From Gammaproteobacteria bacterium (lineage in GTDB: Bacteria; Pseudomonadota; Gammaproteobacteria; GCF-002020875), in assembly GCA_018648825.1 (NCBI GenBank), contig JABGQL010000034.1, positions 1 through 56,750 of the forward strand: 56,750 bases of DNA, given 5' to 3'. The number at the start of each line of letters is the position of its first letter. Position 1 is the stretch's first letter. The notes under the pieces are model-generated. The model was not told where the DNA came from. It did no database searches and was given only the letters and a program-made list of their open reading frames with translations. Positions 8,580 through 15,836 of the stretch are shown here, piece by piece. A program made the translations under genes and the position numbers.

Positions 8580-9894
8580 TTTTATCAACTTTAATCGGTA
8601 GTTCAACAACCATAATCGCCCCCTGATTCTCCCCATCGCTCTCTGCGTAGAGCTCTCCATTGAGATGATGCACAAAATTGATGGCAGAATGCAAGCCATA
8701 ACCACTGCCTGTCACTTTGTTGGTCTGTCCAAACTGGAAAATCTGCTCCAGACGCTCCTTAGCGATACCACACCCATTGTCACTAATGGTTAATACAAAA
8801 CGCCCCCCATCCTCACTCTCTGGAATCAGAATTCGGGTAGAGAGTTCAATACGCCCCTGATGAGAGTATTGGTGACGAATCCGTTCACCAATCGCCTCCA
8901 TGCTATTTTTGATGAAGTTCATCACCATCTGAATCATCGGATTTCTGGGCAACTCTACCCGCCGCAGTTCTGGATCAAGCGTCTGCACCACCTCAATGCC
9001 AAACTTATCGACCCGGTCATGAATCAAGCTCAAGGTATCACTCAACATGCCACTAAAATCAAAACGGGTGATATGGGTATCTGGACGCGCTGCTCTCTGC
9101 TGAAGCTGAATAATCTCTCCAATATGGTGTATACCCAATTCTAGCTTATTCAGGTACTGCATCATCTTCTCTTCACTGCGCAATCCCCCGAGAATTTTCA
9201 CCCCCGCCTGTAACACTTGCGTATCACGTTGAATCTGAGCCTCAAGCTGCTCAGCAGTATGGTGTGGCTGCTGACAACTCTCCTGAGCCTTTAACAACCC
9301 TTTTTCAAGGCGTTCAATCTGGGATGGAATACGCCCTAAGTGCATCAATGAACCATGCATTCCGGTCACAATATTACCGATATTGTGCAGAATCGAGGCG
9401 CTCATCTCTGCAATACCCGCCTGAAAAGCTGCGTACTGTTGTGCCTCATCCCCTTTGATACGGTCACTGATATCAATCACCACCATCAAGGTTTCATGCC
9501 CTAAATCCTCACTATGGACCTCAACCAGCGGCACAAATTGCACCAATGCAGTAGCCACCCCCTCTTGGCGATGAATTTCATGTTGAATACGCCCTTCGGG
9601 GTGTGATCGTAAGGGGAGCCTCAAGGCATCTCCATATGGGTCGATAGCACTCCCTTCAGGGTTCTCCCCAAACAGCTCATGAAAACTGGGGTTAATCGAG
9701 ATAACCTGCTCATCGTCATAGAGCATCATCGCCACCGGAAGCGCCTGAATTAAATTAGAGAAACGGTGATTTTCTTGCTGTAACAGCTGGTTAGTCTCAT
9801 ACAGCTCCAAACTCTTCTGTTCTAGCAGTCGCTCTGCCTCTTTACGCGCAATGCGCAATGCGCTCACGCTTGAATCGCCGTTCCAGCAGTGCAA
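8572..9894 (-). CDS. H-NOX-associated cytoplasmic sensor histidine kinase (HnoK-like); original 5' end out of frame
   Basis: H-box SASILHNIGNIV, N-box MNFIKNSMEAI, G1 DNGCGI and G2 GSGYGLH, directly downstream of the H-NOX gene. The ORF begins at TTG 9894 (GGAG sits 7 nt upstream). The ancestral ATG appears to be at 9916 in another frame. Confidence 0.8.
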   Translation of the reverse strand: MHCWNGDSSVSALRIARKEAERLLEQKSLELYETNQLLQQENHRFSNLIQALPVAMMLYDDEQVISINPSFHELFGENPEGSAIDPYGDALRLPLRSHPEGRIQHEIHRQEGVATALVQFVPLVEVHSEDLGHETLMVVIDISDRIKGDEAQQYAAFQAGIAEMSASILHNIGNIVTGMHGSLMHLGRIPSQIERLEKGLLKAQESCQQPHHTAEQLEAQIQRDTQVLQAGVKILGGLRSEEKMMQYLNKLELGIHHIGEIIQLQQRAARPDTHITRFDFSGMLSDTLSLIHDRVDKFGIEVVQTLDPELRRVELPRNPMIQMVMNFIKNSMEAIGERIRHQYSHQGRIELSTRILIPESEDGGRFVLTISDNGCGIAKERLEQIFQFGQTNKVTGSGYGLHSAINFVHHLNGELYAESDGENQGAIMVVELPIKVDKNA

Positions 9895-9916
9895 TCTGTT
9901 TCTCCAGCGCCTCCAT
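9842..9916 (-). other. Orphaned original 5' end of the kinase gene (24 codons, MEALEKQIALLERRFKRERIAHCA*)
   Basis: ATG 9916 is preceded by AAGGGGGA. The frame runs into TAA at 9842-9844 only because of the 7-bp duplication. Removing one copy fuses it in frame to ...RIARKEAERLLEQKS... Confidence 0.7.
9850..9863. repeat. 7-bp tandem duplication AATGCGC AATGCGC (GCGCATT x2 on the coding strand)
   Basis: Read directly: cgcgc-aatgcgc-aatgcgc-tcac. Confidence 0.95.
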
Positions 9917-9937
9917 TCAGCTATCCCCCTTTAAGCA

Positions 9938-10486
9938 TTACAGTTGACTGGTAATGGTAAAACGCATGTGGTTACCGATACCGTTTGAGAGGTCCACTTC
10001 TTCAACCGATAGCTGCTCCCCAAAGTAGATGGCGCTCCCCTGGATCAGCCCTTTTGCCAGTGCTGAAAAGGGGCGCTTTGACTGGTACTCCATCATCAGT
10101 TGATTACCCGTTCGCTGGGTTTTAAAACGGGGCAGCTCTGCCTCGGGATAGAGTTTAAGTACCTCAACATGGATGTGGTTATCGACACTCTCCAAAAAAT
10201 CCAGCGTACTCTCGGCCTTTTCAAAGAAGCTAGGATAGATCTCGGCAAAGCGCCCGGCTAGATGGGTACCAAAGGTGGTAACCAGTTCATTCATCTCTAC
10301 ACCTGAAGCCTTGGAAAGCTCTGTCACCAGCTCTACCAACTCTAGATGGTCATAAACCCCTACACTGGTATAGCTCCCACCAGAGTCTAGTTTTGCAGAG
10401 GCCGCCTCGATAATATCGTCGGCCATTTGGGGAGAGAACTCCTCCTCCACCATCTCAATAAATTCTGAAAAAACAATTCCTTTCAT
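9938..10486 (-). CDS. H-NOX (heme nitric oxide/oxygen binding) sensor protein
   Basis: MKGIVFSEFIEMVEEEF start, a His in VDNHIHVEV, and the Y-x-S-x-R heme-propionate motif (YQSKR). Size is about 182 aa. Start trimmed to MKGIVF. Confidence 0.85.
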   Translation of the reverse strand: MKGIVFSEFIEMVEEEFSPQMADDIIEAASAKLDSGGSYTSVGVYDHLELVELVTELSKASGVEMNELVTTFGTHLAGRFAEIYPSFFEKAESTLDFLESVDNHIHVEVLKLYPEAELPRFKTQRTGNQLMMEYQSKRPFSALAKGLIQGSAIYFGEQLSVEEVDLSNGIGNHMRFTITSQL

Positions 10487-10503
10487 GCTGACACCCAATA
10501 GCA

Positions 10504-10526
10504 GATAATAGTAATTGACTATTATC
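10504..10526. promoter_or_regulatory. Perfect 9-5-9 palindrome GATAATAGT-AATTG-ACTATTATC upstream of the H-NOX gene (candidate operator)
   Basis: Read directly. It lies in the AT-rich 55-bp ribD/H-NOX spacer and overlaps a weak TTAATT-N16-TATTAT promoter-like arrangement on the minus strand. Confidence 0.4.
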
Positions 10527-10541
10527 AATTAATATAAAGCA

Positions 10542-11651
10542 TTACACGCTACAGAACCTTGCGGTAATACGCAAGTCATCTCCCAACTGGCGCAACTCAT
10601 CAATCTTTAGCGCGACCTTCTGCTCCATACTTTTTAACGGTAATGTAAAGAGCGCACGCCCCTCACTCCCCATTAACAGAGGAGCGGTATAGATAACCAG
10701 CTCATCGGCCAACTGCTGTTCAACAAAGGCGCCTGCCAAGGTGGCCCCCGCCTCAACATGGAGCTCATTAACCTCCAACTCAGCCAACTTTCCCAACAAC
10801 TCGCTGAGGTCCAACCCCTGCTCTGTCGAAGGTAGCTGCAGCACTCTGACTTGAGGGTGCTGTAACCAACCTTGAGGAGCGACAGCCCCCTCCGCAATCA
10901 CCATCAGCACTGGGCTCTCTATCGTAAAAAGCTTTGCCGTTGCGGGTGTCTTCGCCTGAGGATCTAAAATCACTCTTAATGGTGGTTTAAACGACTGCTC
11001 CAAATCACGTACATTGAGTGAAGGGTCATCCGCCAACACCGTCCCCACTCCGCTCAAGATGGCCGAGCTGCGTGCTCGCAATCGCTGCACATCATGACGT
11101 GCGGCAGCACCGGTAATCCACTGACTCTCTCCCGAGGCCATGGCTGTACGCCCATCTAAACTCTGCGCCATCTTCACCCGTACATAGGGGCGACTATAGC
11201 GCATGCGCTGTAAAAAACCGGGGTTGACCTGCTCCGTCCCCTCCGGCATCAGACCACTGACAACCTCAATACCCGCTGCCTGCAGCTTACGAATACCGTT
11301 GCCGGATACAGCAGGGTTGGGGTCTTGCAGTGCAATCACTACACGCACAACTCCCGCCGCAATCAGAGCCTCACTACAAGGGGGGGTTTTACCGTGGTGA
11401 CTACAGGGCTCTAGGGTAACGTAGGCGGTTGCCCCCACAGCCCGCTCACCAGCCGCTTGTAGCGCATGAATCTCGGCATGAGGACCACCTGCCTCAATAT
11501 GATACCCCTCACCCACAACATCTCCCTGCTTGACCAGCACACACCCCACCCGAGGGTTGGGATTGGTAGTAAAGAGTCCTTTTGCAGCCAGCCGATGGGC
11601 CTGTGCCATCCAGCAATGGTCTTCAGCGGAGAATGGCGTTATCTCTCCCAT
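10542..11651 (-). CDS. ribD: Bifunctional diaminohydroxyphosphoribosylaminopyrimidine deaminase / 5-amino-6-(5-phosphoribosylamino)uracil reductase
   Basis: HAEI.AL, TLEPCSHHGKTPPC (CDA zinc motif) and a reductase half. The start overlaps the nrdR stop (TAATG). Confidence 0.95.
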   Translation of the reverse strand: MGEITPFSAEDHCWMAQAHRLAAKGLFTTNPNPRVGCVLVKQGDVVGEGYHIEAGGPHAEIHALQAAGERAVGATAYVTLEPCSHHGKTPPCSEALIAAGVVRVVIALQDPNPAVSGNGIRKLQAAGIEVVSGLMPEGTEQVNPGFLQRMRYSRPYVRVKMAQSLDGRTAMASGESQWITGAAARHDVQRLRARSSAILSGVGTVLADDPSLNVRDLEQSFKPPLRVILDPQAKTPATAKLFTIESPVLMVIAEGAVAPQGWLQHPQVRVLQLPSTEQGLDLSELLGKLAELEVNELHVEAGATLAGAFVEQQLADELVIYTAPLLMGSEGRALFTLPLKSMEQKVALKIDELRQLGDDLRITARFCSV

Positions 11652-12181
11652 TAACTCTGTCCATCACTATAGGGGTCACCATTTTCACCAGTCAGCAGCT
11701 GAAGCTGACTATTATTACGCCCCAAACGGGTATCCTGCTCCATCCGCTCCACCATTTCACGAAAGGCATTCACATCCTGAAAGCTACGGTAGACCGAGGC
11801 AAAACGGATATAGGCAACCTCATCCAGATTACGCAACTCATCCATCACCCACTCACCCAACTCACGAGCAGGGACTTCTCGCTCTCCTGTCGCATGAAGA
11901 CGATGGCGAATACGCTCAATGGCCGCATCAATATATTCCGTCTCAACCGGCCGTTTCTCCAGCGCACGCAGAAAACCACGGCGCAGACGACTCTCATCAT
12001 AGGGCTGGCGATTGCCATCACTCTTGATAATTCTTGGAGTGACCAGATCGACCATCTCAAAGGTGGTAAAGCGCTCGCTACAGGCCTGACACTCACGCCG
12101 TCTGCGCACTTGCTCTCCCTCTCCAACCAGTCGGGAATCTACAACGCGGGTATCTTCCGCTTTACAGAATGGACATCGCAT
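11651..12181 (-). CDS. nrdR: Transcriptional repressor NrdR
   Basis: [17 protein letters not shown] zinc ribbon plus ATP-cone (RFASVYRSF). Start trimmed to MRCPFC. Confidence 0.95.
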   Translation of the reverse strand: MRCPFCKAEDTRVVDSRLVGEGEQVRRRRECQACSERFTTFEMVDLVTPRIIKSDGNRQPYDESRLRRGFLRALEKRPVETEYIDAAIERIRHRLHATGEREVPARELGEWVMDELRNLDEVAYIRFASVYRSFQDVNAFREMVERMEQDTRLGRNNSQLQLLTGENGDPYSDGQS

Positions 12182-12279
12182 TAGCGTATAGCGCCTTGGC
12201 GATATTGTGATTGCAGCACGCTGCAAGAAGACACCTGTGTGCAGTCGAGCGCAATCACAACATCACTAACCCTTTTCAT

Positions 12280-13533
12280 CTATTTATAGACAGGGAACTG
12301 AGCACAAAGTGCAACCACCTGCGCCTTAATGGTTTCAATGTTGGCGCTATTGTTGACATCATCCATCACATCGCACATCCAGCCTGCCAGCGTGATGGAC
12401 TCTGCCTCACCAAAGCCACGGGTGGTGATCGCTGGGGTACCAACACGGATACCACTGGTGACGAAGGGTGACTGTGGGTCATTGGGTACTGCATTTTTGT
12501 TAACGGTGATGTTGGCTGCACCCAGTGCGGCGTCTGCCTCTTTGCCGGTAATACCCTTCTTGATCAGATCAACCAAAAAGAGGTGGTTGTCAGTGCCACC
12601 GGAGACCACGTTGTAATCTCGCTCCAAGAAGACTTTAGCCATTGCATCAGCATTGACCTTAACTTGGTGCTGGTAACTCTTGAACTCTGGCTCCAGCGCC
12701 TCTTTGAAGGCGACTGCCTTAGCGGCAATCACATGCATCAACGGACCACCTTGGGTTCCGGGGAAAACCACGGAGTTGAGTTTCTTCTCAAGATCGGGGT
12801 TAGATTTTGCCAGAATGATACCGCCACGAGGGCCACGTAGTGTCTTATGCGTGGTTGTGGTGGTGACATCCGCAATCTGGACGGGATTGGGGTACTCACC
12901 TGCGGCAATCAAACCCGCAACATGGGCCATATCAACAAACAGGTAGGCGCCCACCTCATCTGCGATATCACGGAAACGCTGCCAATCGATCTCTCTAGAG
13001 TAGGCGGAGAAACCGGCAACAATCATCTTCGGCTTGTGCTCACGCGCTAGAGTCTCAACCTCCTCATAATCCAGCAATCCGGTCTCATTATTCAGACCAT
13101 ACTGTACCGCCTTGTAGATCTTGCCAGAGAAGTTAGGTTTAGCGCCATGCGTCAGGTGGCCACCGGCATCCAGACTCATCCCCAGTACGGTATCACCCGG
13201 CAGGCAGAGTGCCTGATAAACCGCTGCATTGGCCTGCGAACCAGAGTGTGGCTGTACATTGGCATAATCAGCACCAAACAGCTCTTTAGCACGGTCAATC
13301 GCCAGCTGCTCCGCAATATCTACATACTCACAGCCGCCATAGTAGCGCTTACTGGGGTACCCTTCGGCATACTTATTGGTCAACTGTGAACCCTGCGCCT
13401 CCATGACACGGGGGCTGGTGTAGTTTTCAGAGGCGATCAGCTCAATATGCTCCTCCTGTCTGCGCTCTTCACTCTGCATTGCACTCCACAGCGCATCATC
13501 ATATCCAGCAATTGTCTGATCTTTTGAAAACAT
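12280..13533 (-). CDS. glyA: Serine hydroxymethyltransferase
   Basis: [15 protein letters not shown] and [14 protein letters not shown] (PLP lysine motif). Confidence 0.97.
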   Translation of the reverse strand: MFSKDQTIAGYDDALWSAMQSEERRQEEHIELIASENYTSPRVMEAQGSQLTNKYAEGYPSKRYYGGCEYVDIAEQLAIDRAKELFGADYANVQPHSGSQANAAVYQALCLPGDTVLGMSLDAGGHLTHGAKPNFSGKIYKAVQYGLNNETGLLDYEEVETLAREHKPKMIVAGFSAYSREIDWQRFRDIADEVGAYLFVDMAHVAGLIAAGEYPNPVQIADVTTTTTHKTLRGPRGGIILAKSNPDLEKKLNSVVFPGTQGGPLMHVIAAKAVAFKEALEPEFKSYQHQVKVNADAMAKVFLERDYNVVSGGTDNHLFLVDLIKKGITGKEADAALGAANITVNKNAVPNDPQSPFVTSGIRVGTPAITTRGFGEAESITLAGWMCDVMDDVNNSANIETIKAQVVALCAQFPVYK

Positions 13534-13720
13534 TGGGGGTTCCTCTTACACAATCTATAGTTAAAGTTGCGTGCTATTTTACCATAGCAAATTCCTCCTC
13601 AAGCAATCGATAGCACGATCAAAGCAGAGCATCATGACAGGACGATAAATCACTCGGTAGAGTTGTTTTTTGCCATTAATAGGGGAGATTTGTAACAAAA
13701 CTGTAACAATTTGCCAGACA

Positions 13721-13735
13721 TTAAGTATTACTTAA
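13721..13735. promoter_or_regulatory. 15-bp perfect palindrome TTAAGTATTACTTAA, plus a direct repeat TGTAACAA-N3-TGTAACAA at 13691-13709 (candidate operators)
   Basis: Read directly in the divergent glyA / XRE-regulator intergenic region. Confidence 0.3.
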
Positions 13736-13816
13736 TTGTTTTTGCTTGTAATTGCACATAGAGTGCCTAGACTTTTTACGCAGAGGAGCGAAAAACCCAA
13801 TGTCAAGCATTCAGCC

Positions 13817-14152
13817 ATGCGTGAGCCACAAGTAGTTTTTGGCACACGCCTTAAGCAAGCAAGACAGCAGTCTGGACTATCCCAAAAGCAGCTGGGGCTA
13901 GAGATCGGTATCGATCCAGCAACAGCCAGCCCACGGGTAAACCAGTATGAGAACAACCGTCACCGTCCAGGTGACCAGACCATCTCAAAACTAGCTGACG
14001 CGCTAAAGGTCCCAATTGCCTTCTTCTATGCCGAGGATGATGGGCTGGCACAGCTCATTCTGCTGTGTGTGCAGCTAGATAAAGAGCAGCAGCGCGTTTT
14101 GGCAGACTACATCAAAGAGAAGTACGGTGTTGGGTACTGCCTTTCAATATAA
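13817..14152 (+). CDS. XRE-family helix-turn-helix transcriptional regulator
   Basis: FGTRLKQARQQSGLSQKQLGLEIGI...VNQYENNRHRP is a classic Cro/C1 HTH. Start trimmed to the ATG at 13817. Confidence 0.7.
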   Translation: MREPQVVFGTRLKQARQQSGLSQKQLGLEIGIDPATASPRVNQYENNRHRPGDQTISKLADALKVPIAFFYAEDDGLAQLILLCVQLDKEQQRVLADYIKEKYGVGYCLSI

Positions 14153-14192
14153 ACCAGATAGAATCAATGCATCACCGAGGGAGGGGGAAACT

Positions 14193-14528
14193 ATGGGAGA
14201 GCGGGTTAAATTACCATCTAAAAAAGAGGAGATTCAAGAGATCTCCTCTGCACTACATGCAATCAGCCACCCTACACGGCTGAAGATTCTCTGTTTTCTG
14301 GGCGATGAGGAGAGGATCGTCAATGAAATTCTGGAGCATGCGGGGAGCACACAGAGCAATATCTCTCAACACATTGAGGTCTTGCGCAAAGCAGGGATCA
14401 TCCACTCTAGACGCGCCCATAATCGCGTCTACTGTTCGGTTAAAACCACAGACCTACTACCTATTATTACCAAGATTCGTGAACTCTTCTGTGATACAGA
14501 GGAAGAGCTGGCTTTGGGGTATCTCTAA
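14193..14528 (+). CDS. ArsR/SmtB-family winged-helix transcriptional regulator
   Basis: LHAISHPTRLKILCFL ... STQSNISQHIEVLRKAGII. The ATG at 14193 is preceded by GAGGGGGAAA. Confidence 0.8.
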   Translation: MGERVKLPSKKEEIQEISSALHAISHPTRLKILCFLGDEERIVNEILEHAGSTQSNISQHIEVLRKAGIIHSRRAHNRVYCSVKTTDLLPIITKIRELFCDTEEELALGYL

Positions 14529-14538
14529 GAGGAGATCT

Positions 14539-15165
14539 CTAAGAGCGCTTCTGCCACTCGCCAAAGAAGAAGCTCTTGAGCCACACCTTCAGCTCCCCTA
14601 CCATGCCCGACTCTACAGAGGGCGATGAAGCTGTTGTGACACTGCTGACCTGTTCGGCACGCTGCTGACGATAGGCTTTCCACCCCTGATCCGCCACTGA
14701 AGTGACGGGGATAGGCTCCTCCTCATCCAGTGGATCATCACCCACCGCTTCTGTCTCGACGGCTGCTGGCGCAGGCTGTTGTGGTGCTACAGGAGGTGCA
14801 GTCGGTGCTTGGGTAGTCTGGTACTCCAACAAGCGCAGCAGTCTACGATTATCCTCACGCAGATCATCCAGCTCATCTCTCAACTCGTGAATCATCCCCC
14901 GCAAGTCCGTCAGTTCTCGCGCCGTGATATAGGGGTCTCCTCCCGGTGCAGCACTCTGGCTCTGTGTTACCTCAGTCGGCTCAGCCAAAGAGGGGGAGTC
15001 ATTAAAGTTGATCTCATCAAAAACACGCAGCAGTTCTGAAGTTTCAACCCGGCGTTTACCATCCTTTCCTACCATGTAGGCGAGATCACCACGGCTGAAC
15101 ATCCGGTAAATGCTCGAACGGCTCTTACCAGTGAGTTCACACACCTCTTTGATACTGTGTAGCAT
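14539..15165 (-). CDS. Excisionase/MerR-like HTH protein with coiled-coil and Pro/Ala-rich linker (function unknown)
   Basis: N-terminus IKEVCELTGKSRSSIYRMFSRGDL resembles the excisionase-type HTH. The middle LRDELDDLREDNRRLLRLL is a coiled coil, and the C-terminus is low complexity. Confidence 0.5.
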   Translation of the reverse strand: MLHSIKEVCELTGKSRSSIYRMFSRGDLAYMVGKDGKRRVETSELLRVFDEINFNDSPSLAEPTEVTQSQSAAPGGDPYITARELTDLRGMIHELRDELDDLREDNRRLLRLLEYQTTQAPTAPPVAPQQPAPAAVETEAVGDDPLDEEEPIPVTSVADQGWKAYRQQRAEQVSSVTTASSPSVESGMVGELKVWLKSFFFGEWQKRS

Positions 15166-15239
15166 CGCTCTAAATTATTTTCAATTCCCCAAGACAGCTT
15201 GATGATACACCCTGAGACAGCGCTTGTCTGCTAAGCAGA

Positions 15240-15824
15240 TCATCCACTTCGCACCACCTCTCCACTATACAAGTCACGGATCTCACTCGGCTGTGCGACA
15301 CCACCTGTCCCACCCCATAAAATGGTATCCAGTTGATTCCCGAATGCTTTCTTGACCATCACTCCACTGCGCTGCGCAGGGTGACCTGCCCGATTGGCAC
15401 TGGTTGAGACCAGAGCTCCGTCCACTGTTTCACACAGCTGTACCACCGGAGCAAAATGGGTAATTCTCACTGCAATCCGCTTATGCTCTCCGGTAATCCA
15501 CCACGGAGCCTGCTTTGAGGCGGGTACCAACCAGGTGGTTGGGCGTGACTGCTGTTGTGAAATTTTTTTCAGATCTTGTGAATGTCTCAGCGCAATCCAT
15601 GGCTCCAACTGTTCTCCATCGGAGGCGATCAGGATCAACCCTTTGGCCGGGTCGCGTTGCTTAAGCCGCAACAGCCGCAATACCGCCTCCTCATTGGCAG
15701 GGTCACAACCCAACCCATAGACCGACTCAGTGGGATAGGCAAAAACCCCTCCCGCGGCGAATAGTCGGGAAAATCGCCGCAACTGCCAGTGTGTGTACTG
15801 AGGCGTATACTGTTTATGTAACAT
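15240..15824 (-). CDS. tsaC: L-threonylcarbamoyladenylate synthase (YrdC/TsaC type)
   Basis: VFAYPTESVYGLGCDP, RLLRLKQRDPAKGLILI and STSAN motifs. Start uncertain (15824 or 15848). Confidence 0.85.
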   Translation of the reverse strand: MLHKQYTPQYTHWQLRRFSRLFAAGGVFAYPTESVYGLGCDPANEEAVLRLLRLKQRDPAKGLILIASDGEQLEPWIALRHSQDLKKISQQQSRPTTWLVPASKQAPWWITGEHKRIAVRITHFAPVVQLCETVDGALVSTSANRAGHPAQRSGVMVKKAFGNQLDTILWGGTGGVAQPSEIRDLYSGEVVRSG

Positions 15825-15836
15825 AATGTAATAGTT

